A DNA stretch of 64,000 nucleotides. It comes from Nemertoderma westbladi. Lineage: Eukaryota; Animalia; Xenacoelomorpha. Made by a program: the position numbers and the translations under genes. The DNA is taken from NCBI GenBank assembly GCA_032718475.1, contig JAUCBJ010000668.1, forward strand, positions 1-64,000, in the 5' to 3' direction. This document shows positions 1 to 14,112 of this stretch, piece after piece (position 1 is the stretch's first letter; every line of letters starts with the position of its first letter). The notes under the pieces are model-generated. The model was not told the origin of the DNA. It was given only the letters and a program-made list of their open reading frames with translations, and did not search any database.

Positions 1-439
1 GTTTTCGAACCAAAGTCTGTAACAATAATTAATGGGAACTGAATCGAATGTTTGTGACAAGATAATAGCAAGTGTGTCCGCAGTGTAGTTATATCCGTCA
101 ATTTACAAGGATACTGTTAATTTTATTAATCGGACTACGGAAAGTACGATAGCAATAAAGTGGAATCAAACATAGACAGTCAGACATTTCACATTTCACT
201 CACTTAGCGGCTGATTGAACTTACTTATGGAGTAGATCAAACAGCTACCAGCATTTGCTTCATTCCTTTGGTTTTTTTCCAGTTACCGAACTTTGTTCCT
301 ACTAATTTATCACACTGACAGACATAACTGTTTCTTGTCCTGCATTCGGAGTATTAACATATGAATCTAGCGAATTGAAATTAATCAGGGAGCCCTCGAC
401 ATTTATATTATTTATCTTAGTAACCCCTGTGTCGACACT

Positions 440-3400
440 CGACAGTGCACCACAACTGACCGACAGTGCACCACAACTGTCCGACAGTGCACCACAACTG
501 ACCGACAGTGCACCACAACTGTCTGATAGTACACCACAACTGTTACACAATATCCTACCGTCTGTCAGACAGTGCACCACAACTGTCCGACAGTGCACCA
601 CAACTGTCCGAAAGTACACCACAACTGACCGACAGTGCACCACAACTGGTCCGATAGTGCAACAACAACTGTTACTCAATATCCTACCGTCTGTCAGACA
701 GTGCACCACAACTGTTAGACAATATACTACCGTCTGTCAGACAGTGCACCACAACTGTGAGCCAATATACTACCGTCTGTCCGACATTACACCCACAAAC
801 TGTCCGACAGTGCACCACAACTGACCGACAGTGCACCACAACTGTCCGACAGTGCACCACAACTGACCGACAGTGCACCACAACTGTCTGATAGTACACC
901 ACAACTGTTTACACAAATATCCTACCGTCTGTCAGACAGTGCACCAACAAACTGTCCGACAGTGCACCACAACTGTCCGAAAGTACACCACAACTGACCG
1001 ACAGTGCACCACAACTGTCCGATAGTGCACAACAACTGTTACTCAATATCCTACCGTCTGTCAGACAGTGCACCACAACTGTTAGACAATATACTACCGT
1101 CTGTCAGACAGTGCACCACAACTGTGAGCCAATATACTACCGTCTGTCCGACATTACACCACAACTGTCCGACAGTGCACCACAACTGACCGACAGTGCA
1201 CCACAACTGTCCGATAGTGCACCACAACTGTTACACAATATCCTACCATCTGTCAGACAGTGCACCACAACTGTTACACAATATCCTACCATCTGTCAGA
1301 CAGTGCACCACAACTGTTACACAATATCCTACCGTCTGTCAGACAGTGCATCACAACTATTAGACAATATACTACCGTCTGTCAGACAGTGCACCACAAC
1401 TGTTAGCCAATATACTACCGTCTGTCCGACATTACACCACAACTGCCCGACAGTGCACCACAACTGACCGACAGTGCACCACAACTGTCCGATAGTGCAC
1501 CACAACTGTTACACAATATCCTACCATCTGTCAGACAGTGCACCACAACTGTTAGACAATATACTACCGTCTGTCAGACAGTGCACCACAACTGTTAGCC
1601 AATATACTACCGTCTGTCCGGCATTACACTACAACTGTCCGACAGTGCACAACAACTGACCGACAGTGCACCACAACTGTCCGAAAGTGCACCACAACTG
1701 ACCGACAGTGCACCACAACTGTTCGGTAGTGCACCACAACTGTTACACAATATCCTACCGTCTGTCAGACAGTGCACCACAACTATTAGACAATATACTA
1801 CCGTCTGTCAGACAGTGCACCACAACTGTTAGCCAATATACTACCGTCTGTCCGACATTACACCACAACTGTCCGACAGTGCACCACAACTGACCGACAG
1901 TGCACCACAACTGTCCGATAGTGCACCACAACTGTTACACAATATCCTACCATCTGTCAGACAGTGCACCACAACTGTTAGACAATATACTACCGTCTGT
2001 CAGACAGTGCACCACAACTGTTAGCCAATATACTACCGTCTGTCCGGCATTACACCACAACTGTCCGAAAGTGCACCACAACTGACCGACAGTGCACCAC
2101 AACTGTCCGAAAGTGCACCACAACTGACCGACAGTGCACCACAACTGTTCGATAGTGGACCACAACTGTTACACAATATCCTACCGTCTGTCAGACAGTG
2201 CACCACAACTATTAGACAATATACTACCGTCTGTCAGACAGTGCACCACAACTGTTAGCCAATATACTACCGTCTGTCCGACATTACACCACAACTGTCC
2301 GACAGTGCACCACAACTGACCGACAGTGCACCACAACTGTCTGATAGTGCACCACAACTGTTACACAATATCCTACCGTCTGTCAGACAATGCACAACAA
2401 CTATTAGACAATATACTACCGTCTCTCAGACAGTGCACCACAACTGACCGACAGTGCACCACAACTGTCCGAAAGTGCACCACAACTGACCGACAGCGCA
2501 CCACAACTGTTCGATAGTGCACCACAACTGTTAGCAATATCCTACTGTCTGTCAGACAGTGCACCACAACTGTTACACAATATTCTACCGTCTGTCAGAC
2601 AGTGCACCTTAACTGTTAAACAATATACTACCGTCTGTCAGACAGTACACCACAACTGTTAGGCAATATACTACCGTCTGTCAGACAGTGCACCACAACT
2701 ATTAGACAATATACTACCGTCTGTCAGACAGTGCACCACAACTGTCCGACAGTGCACCACAACTGTTACACAATATTCTACCCTCTGTCAGACAGTGCAC
2801 CACAACTATTAGACAATATACTACCGTCTGTCCGGTATTACACTACAACTGTCCGACAGTGCACCACAACTGACCGACAGTGCACCACAACTGTCCGAAA
2901 GTGCACCACAACTGACCGACAGTGCACCACAACTGTTAGCCAAGATACTACCGTCTGTCCGGCATTACACTACAACTGTCCGACAGTGCACCACAACTGA
3001 CCGACAGTGCACCACAACTGTCCGAAAGTGCACCACAACTGACCGACAGTGCACCACAACTGTTCGATAGTGCACCACAACTGTAACACAATATCCTACC
3101 GTCTGTCAGACAGTGCACCACAACTATTAGACAATATACTACCGTCTGTCAGACAGTGCACCACAACTGTTAGCCAATATACTACCGTCTGTCCGACATT
3201 ACACCACAACTGTCCGACAGTGCACCACAACTGACCGACAGTGCACCACAACTGTCCGATAGTGCACCACAACTGTTACACAATATCCTACCGTCTGTCA
3301 GACAATGCACAACAACTATTAGACAATATACTACCGTCTCTCAGACAGTGCACCACAACTGACCGACAGTGCACCACAACTGTCCGATAGTGCACCACAA

Positions 3401-4445
3401 CTGTTACACAATATCCTACCATCTGTCAGACAGTGCACCACAACTGTTAGACAATATACTACCGTCTGTCAGACAATGCACAACAACTATTAGACAATAT
3501 ACTACCGTCTCTCAGACAGTGCACCACAACTGACCGACAGTGCACCACAACTGTCCGAAAGTGCACCACAACTGACCGACAGCGCACCACAACTGTTCGA
3601 TAGTGCACCACAACTGTTACGCAATATCCTACTTTCTGTCAGACAGTGCACCACAACTGTTACACAATATTCTACCGTCTGTCAGACAGTGCACCATAAC
3701 TGTTAAACAATATACTACCGTCTGTCAGACAGTACACCACAACTGTTAGACAATATGCTACCGGCTGTCAGACAGTGCACCACAACTGTTAGGCAATATA
3801 CTACCGTCTGTCAGACAGTGCACCACAACTATTAGACAATATACTACCGTCTGTCAGATAGTGCACCACAACTATTAGACAATATACTATCGTCTGTCCG
3901 ACAGTGCACCACAACTGTTAGACAATATGCTACCGGCTGTCAGACAGTGCACCACAACTGTTAGACAATATACTACCGTCTGTCCGACAGTGCAGTGCAC
4001 CATAACTGTTAGACAATATACTACCGGCTGTCAGACAGTGCACCCCAATTGTTAGACCTTATACTACCATCTGTCCGACAGTGCAGTGCACCATAACTGT
4101 TAGACAATATGCTACCGGCTGTCAGACAGTGCACCACAACTGTTAGACAATATACTACCGTCTGTCCGACAGTGCAGTGCACCATAACTGTTAGACAATA
4201 TACTACCGTCAGACAGTGCACCACAACTGTTAGACAATATACTACCGTCTGTACGACAGTGCAGTGCACCATAACTGTTAGACAATATACTACCGTCTGT
4301 ACGACAGTGCAGTGCACCATAACTGTTAGACAATATACTACCGGCTGTCAGACAGTGCACCACAACTGTTAGACAATATACTATCGTCTGTCCGACAGTG
4401 CACCATAACTGTTAGACAATATACTACCGGCTGTCAGACAATGCA
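440..4445. repeat. Composite satellite of ~21-bp (GACAGTGCACCACAACTGTCC/GACC) and ~43-bp (GACAGTGCACCACAACTGTTAGACAATATACTACCGTCTGTCA) units, 426-bp higher-order period in part
   Basis: Units visible directly; near-identical ORF-track peptides recur at 1474/1900/2326 and 1708/2134 (426-bp spacing). Confidence 0.95.
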
Positions 4446-4479
4446 CATCTCATTATAACAGATTTATTTATTTTTCCAG

Positions 4480-4744
4480 CTGGAACTCAGGATAACACTT
4501 GTTTACGTCACTGTCGCCGTAGTAATCTGCAGTCTGACATGAACCTATCCTTCGATGCCGGTCTATACGGTCTGTCGTTGAAGGCGGTTGTTAGCGAGGC
4601 AGACAACCCGTTGCTATGCGAAGGAACTCGCAGACAACGGGGCGAACTCGCTCTCATGATGCTCTCTTACTTTAAAGACGAGAAGGTGAAACTGCGAATG
4701 ATTCTAGATAGTTTGTTAGATAAACAGATATTGATAGCGTTCAG
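4480..4744 (+). CDS. ZSWIM8: ZSWIM8 internal exon A
   Basis: tttttccag| ... ag|gttagt; encodes VVSEADNPLLCEGTRRQRGELALMMLSYFKDEKVKLRMILDSLLDK, matching the ZSWIM8 motif HPLLCEGTRREKGDLALAL as I recall it. Confidence 0.92.
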
Positions 4745-4979
4745 GTTAGTAAAGTTAAGTGTGTTAACCTACCGAAATAATTTCCATGGCATTAAGAAGT
4801 AATTATTAAATTTTTAAATGAATCGTTTGATATATCGAAGTGCTAAAAGTATTGGGAAAATATTAAAATTTTATTTGCCTTTTTATTCAATTTTTATTTT
4901 TTGGTAGATTTTATGCACATTCAGACTAATATTTGGTGCGGAATCATTTATGTGGAACCTCCTTTTGTGGGGTTCCTTT

Positions 4980-5370
4980 AGTGCAGAACCTTTTGGCGGG
5001 GAACCTTTTAGTGGGGTACCTTTTAGTGAGGAACCTATTAATTGTGCTGAACCTTTTGGCGGGGAACCTTTTAGTGGGGTACCTTTTAGTGAGGAACCTA
5101 TTAATTGTGCTGAACCTTTTGGCGGGGAACCTTTTAGTGGGGTACCTTTTAGTGAGGAACCTATTAATTGTGCTGAACCTTTTGGCGGGGAACCTTTTAG
5201 TGGGGTACCTTTTAGTGAGGAACCTATTAATTGTGCTGAACCTTTTGGCGGGGAACCTTTTAGTGGGGTACCTTTTAGTGAGGAACCTATTAATTGTGCT
5301 GAACCTTTTGGCGGGGAACCTTTTAGTGGGGTACCTTTTAGTGAGGAACCTATTAATAGTACTGAACCTT
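4980..5370. repeat. 63-bp minisatellite, ~6 copies (internal GGAACCTTTTAGTG subrepeats)
   Basis: GTGCTGAACCTTTTGGCGGGGAACCTTTTAGTGGGGTACCTTTTAGTGAGGAACCTATTAATT in tandem. Confidence 0.95.
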
Positions 5371-5407
5371 TTCTCCGCGAACCTCTGTATATTTTATTCC
5401 TACACAG

Positions 5408-5502
5408 ATATGGAATCCTTGGATTCAACGCTGGTAATCCTTCTAGCAGCAGACAAGGGGGCCACGATTGGGAGTCAGACGACAGTAGTATTAGCGCTAA
5501 AG
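5408..5502 (+). CDS. ZSWIM8: ZSWIM8 exon B (low-conservation linker)
   Basis: tacacag| ... aaag|gttagc; phase 2 in, phase 1 out, fits neighbours; YGILGFNAGNPSSSRQGGHDWESDDSSISAK. Confidence 0.75.
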
Positions 5503-5636
5503 GTTAGCACAATCAATTACTTACCGGTAACTGGGTGCGGTTAGTAAGAAAAACAGCAGTTGGTTACCAATGACAGTTATATTGCTTCCTATATTCATTT
5601 TCACGATAATTTAAGATATTTTTTCTGCTTGTATAG

Positions 5637-5706
5637 ACGGAGCGGCGTCCACCTCCCACGATGAATCTTCGTCTCACCCAGACGATCGCCTACAAACCTC
5701 GCGTAG
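5637..5706 (+). CDS. ZSWIM8: ZSWIM8 exon C
   Basis: cttgtatag| ... cgtag|gtgagt; phase 1 in, phase 2 out; GAASTSHDESSSHPDDRLQTSR. Confidence 0.75.
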
Positions 5707-6211
5707 GTGAGTCCGTAAATGTTTCATTATCGGTATAACGGGTTCATCCATGTACAATTACGCACACAATTTACATAAAGTCACATTTTTGGACATATTC
5801 TTATACCCCGATCGATCAATTTGCCCGCAGCTGTAATTGTCATTGAATTCACTTTTTGAATGGGATAGAATCCAGATATGGGGATATATGATTCGTAATT
5901 CTCTGCCCTTTCCGGAGGCGTATTATGGAGGTCAACCACACCAACTTAAATAATAATGATTTAGGTTAATATTTAATACACCACATATTAATTCCCCGAT
6001 TCAATGGAATTATTTCCAATTTAGTGAGTCTGGATCGCAAACGAGTGACAACCCGCCAGTGGGCGCATCGCGAGTGCTCCCTCCAGCGGCGCCGGTGGGT
6101 ACACATCCCTTTCCTAGCGCCTCTACCAATACCGCCTACCTCAATAGTCATTTGTATTCCCTCCTCCGGCCTTCCGGGTTTAAATGGTGAGTCTGTTAGT
6201 AACGTAGTTAC

Positions 6212-6439
6212 AGATAGGGGGGGGGGGGGGGGGGGGCTCTCCAGGGGAAATTCGACGCAAATATCAGCTGAATACTCCCTAAAATAAATCTGTAACCTGT
6301 TCTATTGACTTTAGTTTATTGTTTTGGTTATAATAACGTACCACTGTAACCTGTCCCTTTCCGTTAATTTATAATTTAAGACTGAGACGAGAAATTAATT
6401 CGCGGAGATTATCTTTTCGTCAACATCACCCCCACCCCC
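6212..6439 (-). mobile_element. MITE family A copy (G-rich termini)
   Basis: Reverse complement of the 31686-31918 element: TTCGACGCAAATATCAGCTG, CTGTAACCTG, TTTATTGTTTTGGTTA. Confidence 0.75.
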
Positions 6440-6477
6440 GTTTCATCCTTATATTTTCTATTTATTTATTAATTTAG

Positions 6478-6616
6478 GCACAAAGGTAAGAAACGACGCG
6501 AGAACGCCCCAACCATACCGAACCAACCCAGTGAAGCCGCAGCCCATTTCTACTTCGAGTTGGCTAAAACAATTCTCACTAAAGCTGGTGGCAATACTTC
6601 TACTTCACTGTTCCAG
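6478..6616 (+). CDS. ZSWIM8: ZSWIM8 exon D
   Basis: aatttag| ... ttccag|gtaac; PNQPSEAAAHFYFELAKTILTKAGGNTSTSLFQ, a ZSWIM8 hallmark. Confidence 0.95.
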
Positions 6617-6807
6617 GTAACAGTTTGTCTATAATAATCCTACTGATGTTACTTGCTTTAAGTTAAGTATCGTTACTCAAAAAAAGACTTCACTTACCAA
6701 ACTCAGCTTCGGCTGTACATATCTATGTTATTGTTTTTTAAATTATTATGTAAAATGAGCTCTTCTCTGTTCGCGTTCCTGCATCAGCTATTATTGTTTG
6801 TTTGTGT

Positions 6808-7255
<448 letters not shown>

Positions 7256-7891
7256 TACATATGTAGTCTATCAAAAGTTTAGAAATTCTACACACATGCA
7301 GACTTCTATAGTTCCTCTGTCTGCCGCAGGGGGCGTATTGACAGATACGTAAAAGTAATTATAGAACCAAACATCAGTTTCATCTGAAATTTGGTAGCAG
7401 TAAGAGTAACCTACGAACATTGCTTAATTAGGAATTCTACACACAGACAGACTTTTACAGTTCATCTATCTGCCGCTAGTGGACGAAATGTCAGAGCTCC
7501 AGTTTATCGTGCTTAGCACTGTTTAATTTATTAATATCGCAATTATTTAATGGTTTTACTTATTAATAAATAGCTTTTATTCTGACTATCTTATCTGATG
7601 TAAACGGTGTCGCATTATACATTATTTAAGTATTAAAAAATACTCATTCTATTACGTACTTCAATATCTGAAATGAATAATAATTTTACTGAAGGTATTT
7701 AAATTTGGACATACTGTTATCTATAGAGTAATTTGTGCAGAAATTTTGATAATTCAGTTGTAAATTGTTTATATTATTATTTCGTACCAATTTTAAAGTT
7801 TTGTGCTCCATTATTCAATATGTCAATATACACATATATATCATAGACATTATGGGCCTACATCTCTAACTTCTCCCATCACTCTTTGCAG

Positions 7892-8042
7892 CCGTCCTGT
7901 ATGGTTGTGCTCAGTGGCGGGCCCCATCGCTCTCTACAGATGTGCGCCTTCGAGGTCGGCCTCTACGCCTTGGCGCTCCACAACTGCGTGTCTCCCAACT
8001 GGCTCAGCAGAACTTACAGTTCTCATGTCTCTTGGATTACCG
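7892..8042 (+). CDS. ZSWIM8: ZSWIM8 exon E
   Basis: ctttgcag| ... accg|gtagg; GPHRSLQMCAFEVGLYALALHNCVSPNWLSRTYSSHVSWIT. Confidence 0.95.
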
Positions 8043-8326
8043 GTAGGTTTTATTTTTTTAATCTGTTTTACTTTGCACAGCTTTATTTATGTATATAATC
8101 AGCAATGAGCACCTGGTCTGGATGATACTAATCAATTAGAAGTTCCCTGGGAGAGGAGGAACAGGGTGCAACGAAGGTCAGTCGAATACGGCGGAATAAG
8201 GCGGCAACATTTATAGTGCAATTTTGAGACGGCGGATGTATTACACAACGTGCAGATGCACTCTTCATTCGCTTTTCAGCAATTATGACTGCTGCAAAGA
8301 GTCTGGTGGCCCTGTTAGAGAGCAGC

Positions 8327-8408
8327 AACGCCGTTGCACATCGTCGGAACCCGGAGAGGCCTCCAAAAACGCCGTTGCACATCGTCGGAACCCGGAGAGG
8401 CCTCCAAA
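8327..8408. repeat. Perfect 41-bp tandem duplication inside a degenerate, possibly LINE-derived segment
   Basis: AACGCCGTTGCACATCGTCGGAACCCGGAGAGGCCTCCAAA twice. Confidence 0.85.
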
Positions 8409-8656
8409 TTGTATGTCACATTCGGGGTTGATAACGCCGACTATTGCGTTTAAAATAGCTGATGAGGAAGAGTATTTACTTGCTCCACACCATAATTTGA
8501 AGTAGAAGGCGCGGACCATCTGTACGTGTTCTAGAGCAGGCACATTATCGTCGGATGTGAATATGTCACAGCGTGTGACAGCTGGGTAGACTACATTACA
8601 TTAAATATTGTGAGATAATTCATAATAATTATTCTTCTACTTATTTACAACGACAG

Positions 8657-8873
8657 GCCAAGCGATGGAGATCGGAGCGCAAGCTCTTCTACATCTCGTC
8701 GACTCGTGGGAGGGGCATCTAACCCCCAGCGAAGTCGCTTCGTTGGCCGATAAAGCGTCGAGAGCTCGCGACGCGTCCGTGGTGAAAGCCGCAGCAGAGC
8801 TCGCACTCAGTGCCTTACCTCACTCACCCGCGCTCAACCCGGCTGATATCAACCACGCCTTGAACCAGTGCCG
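8657..8873 (+). CDS. ZSWIM8: ZSWIM8 exon F
   Basis: cgacag| ... tgccg|gtaagt; QAMEIGAQALLHLVDSWEGHLTPSEVASLADKASRARD...HALNQC. Confidence 0.95.
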
Positions 8874-9415
8874 GTAAGTCGCATTATGCATGAGTATGTG
8901 ATAATTTTGTGTGGGACAATTTCAGAGCTCTCTAGTGCTTTCAGCATGGGCGTATAAAAGGTTATCGCATGTCTCCTAACTAAATTCAATTTTGTCTGTC
9001 TGTCTGTCTTTAATGTGTCTGTTGGTTTTTCGGAAATATAAGACTGAATATGCCCTGCCTCCGCGGGTATTCTCACTTACAACATACTCAAGATTGTGCA
9101 GTTCTTACAAATTGTTAAGGACCGAAATGTTGGGCATATTGAACTCACACTTCATTCGAAGTCGAAGTCATATCATAAGTTGCATTACCATAGTCAGTTC
9201 ACTTTTTGTGTTTTAAGCTCAAGCCAGACTCTTATAATATGTTGAAGATCACCTGGAGGAATACAAGAATTACTGGGATTGGTTTACTAAACAATGCCTT
9301 ACCTTATGTCTTTAAAGGTGTCGGGTTGGAATGTGTATAACAGCAGTGTGGTCGTGTACTGACGTACAAGGTTGTGTGTCACTCACTATTGGTAGGGGGT
9401 TGTACAGAAACGCTC

Positions 9416-9550
9416 AAAACTTTACTGCAGTAGGGGTTTAGGCTACTGCAGTAAGGGGTGGTTAGGTTACTGCACTAAAGATTTGTGCGTTACTGCAGTA
9501 AAGTTTGACCTTGCTGCAGTAAGCTAAAACCGTACTGCAGTAAAGTTTTT
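9416..9550. mobile_element. Small MITE-like element with palindromic TTACTGCAGTAA subrepeats
   Basis: Inverted ends AAACTTTACTGCAGTA / TACTGCAGTAAAGTTT; ~6 internal TACTGCAGTA-like copies. Confidence 0.55.
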
Positions 9551-10019
9551 CTTATGATTGTCATAGTTAGTTAGTTATCGCACATTCATTATGGGTGCGG
9601 AGTCAGTCGAGCTGATGTTTATTTAATAATAATTAAAATTATAATTTATTTAATAATAATTTAATAATATTTAATAATTTAATAATTTAATAATAATAGG
9701 TTAAAATCACTATATATAAAATAGTATTTAAATAAAAAAAAAACAATTAGTACAAAAACGGAAATAGGGCCAGTTACGTTAAACTTATATGCACGGTGAA
9801 AAATGAATTAAAACACCCAGTCATTGTGTGACACGCCATTTAGGTCGATCTCACTATCAAATAGGTCAATCAAGTCTAAATGCGGGCTATGGCGTCTAGA
9901 TAATCTTTAACACGCTGGATTTTCGTGGAAAAAATGATACTCGACCCGTATACATTACGAATAAAGCTGATGTGGCCATGTTCACAGATTGACGGTTTAC
10001 AAATTACAATTTCACTGAG

Positions 10020-10330
10020 TAAATTTTTAATTGCATAATCATGCCTCATTATTAAAGTTAGATCTGGAAGGCCAAATTTTTCATGGCACTTTCTGTACGT
10101 GGTGCATGGACCAATGTAATGGTTTGCAGTGTTTAAGTGACCCCGCTGTGTGGGTTATAGAGTTGATCAGTATGTTGGGCACCTTCCTGCATCGTTGTAT
10201 AAGACGAACCGAGCATTGAAATGTATCATGTATGATATAATTCAAGTCGAACAACTGGTATAGTACATTTGACGGGATGCGGGAGTATTCCAGATGAAGC
10301 AGCTTTCGTAGAGCCTTCCTCAATCATATC
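10020..10330 (-). mobile_element. Degenerate 3' fragment of a CR1/L2-group LINE ORF2
   Basis: Minus-strand peptide RKALRKLLHLEYSRIPSNVLYQLF resembles L2/Crack C-terminal (W)RKAxRxL..YRT motifs. Confidence 0.4.
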
Positions 10331-10449
10331 TAAAATAATATAAAGCTAAAAATAAATGGCAGTGCTTTTTTATGTCCGTTTATTTGACTTTTTTTGTCCG
10401 CCTTTTTTTACGAACTGTGGATAATGACTTTTGATGTCCGTCTGTCACA

Positions 10450-13400
10450 CAGCTGATTTCTGGACTGTCAGACAGTTGATTTCAACATGCCTGTGCCAAA
10501 ACATTCAAAATCTGATGCTTTCTGGACTGTCAGACAGTTGATTTCAACATGCCTGTGCTAAAACATTCAAAATTTGTTGCTTTCTGGACTATCAGACAGT
10601 TGATTTCAACATGCCTGTGCCAAAACATTCAAAATCTGATGCTTTCTGGACTGTCAGACAGTTGATTTCAACATGCCTGTGCCAAAACATTCAAAATTTG
10701 ATGCTTTCTGGACTGTCAGACAGTTGATTTCAACATGCCTGTGCCAAAACATTCAAAATCTGATGCTTTCTGGACTGTCAGACAGTTGATTTCAACATGC
10801 CTGTGCCAAAACATTCAAAATTTGTTGCTTTCTGGACTATCAGACAGTTGATTTCAACATGCCTGTGCTAAAACATTCAAAATCTGATGCTTTCTGGACT
10901 GTCAGACAGTTGATTTCAACATGCCTGTGCCAAAACATTCAAAATTTGATGCTTTCTGGACTGTCAGACAGTTGATTTCAACATGCCTGTGCTAAAACAT
11001 TCAAAATTTGTTGCTTTCTGGACTGTCAGACAGTTGATTTCAACATGCCTGTGCTAAAACATTCAAAATTTGTTGATTTCTGGACTGTCAGACAGTTGAT
11101 TTCAACATGCCTGTGCTAAAACATTCAAAATTTGTTGCTTTCTGGACTATCAGACAGTTGATTTCAACATGCCTGTGCTAAAACATTCAAAATCTGATGC
11201 TTTCTGGGCTGTCAGACAGTTGATTTCAACATGCCTGTGCCAAAACATTCAAAATCTGATGCTTTCTGGACTGTCAGACAGTTGATTTCAACATGCCTGT
11301 GCTAAAACATTCAAAATTTGTTGCTTTCTGGACTATCAGACAGTTGATTTCAACATGCCTGTGCTAAAACATTCAAAATCTGATGCTTTCTGGACTGTCA
11401 TTCAGTTGATTTCAACATGCCTGTGCCAAAACATTCAAAATTTGATGCTTTCTGGACTGTCAGACAGTTGATTTCAACATGCCTGTGCTAAAACATTCAA
11501 AATTTGTTGCTTTCTGGACTATCAGACAGTTGATTTCAACATGCCTGTGCCAAAACATTCAAAATCTGATGCTTTCTGGACTGTCAGACAGTTGATTTCA
11601 ACATGCCTGTGCTAAAACATTCAAAATTTGTTGCTTTCTGGACTATCAGACAGTTGATTTCAACATGCCTGTTCTAAAACATTCAAAATCTGATGCTTTC
11701 TGGACTGTCAGACAGTTGATTTCAAAATGCCTGTGCTAAAACATTCAAAATTTGTTGCTTTCTGGACTATCAGACAGTTGATTTCAACATGCCTATGCTA
11801 AAACATTCAAAATCTGATGCTTTCTGGACTGTCAGACAGTTGATTTCAACATGCCTGTGCCAAAACATTCAAAATCTGATGCTTTCTGGACTGTCAGACA
11901 GTTGATTTCAACATGCCTGTGCTAAAACATTCAAAATTTGTTGCTTTCTGGACTATCAGACAGTTGATTTCAACATGCCTGTGCTAAAACATTCAAAATC
12001 TGATGCTTTCTGGACTGTCATTCAGTTGATTTCAACATGCCTGTGCCAAAACATTCAAAATTTGATGCTTTCTGGACTGTCAGACAGTTGATTTCAACAT
12101 GCCTGTGCTAAAACATTCAAAATTTGTTGCTTTCTGGACTATCAGACAGTTGATTTCAACATGCCTGTGCCAAAACATTCAAAATCTGATGCTTTCTGGA
12201 CTGTCAGACAGTTGATTTCAACATGCCTGTGCTAAAACATTCAAAATTTGTTGCTTTCTGGACTATCAGACAGTTGATTTCAACATGCCTGTTCTAAAAC
12301 ATTCAAAATCTGATGCTTTCTGGACTGTCAGACAGTTGATTTCAACATGCCTGTGCTAAAACATTCAAAATTTGTTGCTTTCTGGACTATCAGACAGTTG
12401 ATTTCAACATGCCTATGCTAAAACATTCAAAATCTGATGCTTTCTGGACTGTCAGACAGTTGATTTCAACATGCCTGTGCCAAAACATTCAAAATCTGAT
12501 GCTTTCTGGACTGTCAGACAGTTGATTTCAACATGCCTGTGCTAAAACATTCAAAATTTGTTGCTTTCTGGACTATCAGACAGTTGATTTCAACATGCCT
12601 GTGCTAAAACATTCAAAATCTGATGCTTTCTGGACTGTCAGACAGTTGATTTCAACATGCCTGTGCCAAAACATTCAAAATCTGATGCTTTCTGGACTGT
12701 CAGACAGTTGATTTCAACATGCCTGTGCTAAAACATTCAAAATTTGTTGCTTTCTGGACTATCAGACAGTTGATTTCAACATGCCTGTGCTAAAACATTC
12801 AAAATTTGTTGCTTTCTGGACTGTCAGACAGTTGATTTCAACATGCCTGTGCCAAAACATTCAAAATCTGATGCTTTCTGGACTGTCAGACAGTTGATTT
12901 CAACATGCCTGTGCTAAAACATTCAAAATTTGTTGCTTTCTGGACTATCAGACAGTTGATTTCAACATGCCTGTGCCAAAACATTCAAAATCTGATGCTT
13001 TCTGGACTGTCAGACAGTTGATTTCAACATGCCTGTGCCAAAACATTCAAAATTTGATGCTTTCTGGACTGTCAGACAGTTGATTTCAACATGCCTGTGC
13101 CAAAACATTCAAAATTTGATGCTTTCTGGACTGTCAGACAGTTGATTTCAACATGCCTGTGCCAAAACAAAAATTTGATGCTTTCTGGACTGTCAGACAG
13201 TTGATTTCAACATGCCTGTGCCAAAACATTCAAAATCTGATGCTCTCTGGACTGTCAGACAGTTGATTTCAACATGCCTGTGCTAAAACATTCAAAATTT
13301 GTTGCTTTCTGGACTATCAGACAGTTGATTTCAACATGCCTGTGCCAAAACATTCAAAATCTGATGCTTTCTGGACTGTCAGACAGTTGATTTCAACATG

Positions 13401-13640
13401 CCTGTGCCAAAACATTCAAAATTTGATGCTTTCTGGACTGTCAGACAGTTGATTTCAACATGCCTGTGCCAAAAAATTCAAAATTTGATGCTTTCTGGAC
13501 TGTCAGACAGTTGATTTCAACATGCCTGTGCCAAAAAATTCAAAATTTGTTGATTTCTGGACTGTCGGGCAGTTGATTTTACTATATATGCCTGTGCTAA
13601 AACATTAAAAATTTGTTGATTTCTTGACTATCAGACAGTT
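10450..13640. repeat. 62-bp satellite, ~51 copies
   Basis: TTTCTGGACTGTCAGACAGTTGATTTCAACATGCCTGTGCYAAAACATTCAAAATYTGWTGC in tandem; 2-nt shift per 60-nt line. Confidence 0.97.
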
Positions 13641-13763
13641 TAATTTACAACTATAAGATAGATTTCCATATACGCCCGTGGTAAAAATTAATAGTTTGTG
13701 GCTGTTGTCGATAATGGATTACCATATGACGTAGCAAAACACTCATTTTATAGCAAAAACAAT

Positions 13764-14112
13764 TACCAATTGATGGAAATGAGCAGGTTACGAAGCAGGC
13801 TTTTCTATTCTAACCAAAACAATAAACGATCACGCAACTAATTCAGGGAAAGGAGCAGGTTACAGAGGCGGGATTTTCTAACCAAAACAATAAACAGTCA
13901 CTTTACCAAATGAAGTAAAGGAGCAGGTTACATAGATAGTATTTTCTAACCAAAGCAATAAACGATAACATTACCAATTGAGGGAAAGGAGCAGGTTACA
14001 GAGGCGGGCTTTTCTAACCAAAACAATAAACAGTCACTTTACCAAATGAAGGAAAGGAGCAGGTTCCAGAGGCAGGCTTTTCTAACCAAAACAATAAGCG
14101 AGCACCTTACCA
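13764..14112 (+). repeat. ~69-bp tandem array (5 copies) of the AAGGAGCAGGTTACAG...CTAACCAAAACAATAAAC module
   Basis: Five diverged copies; same module is inside MITE family A. Confidence 0.85.

Noticed and set aside
7282-7495. Diverged direct repeats with CTCF-like motifs
   Set aside because: Each motif is one base short of the consensus spacing
8459-8505. CTGATGAG as a hammerhead core
   Set aside because: No GAAA after a stem II and no stem I/III
10450-13640. CRISPR-like look of the 62-bp repeat (palindromic, GTTGATTTCAAC)
   Set aside because: No unique spacers, no cas genes, eukaryotic intron
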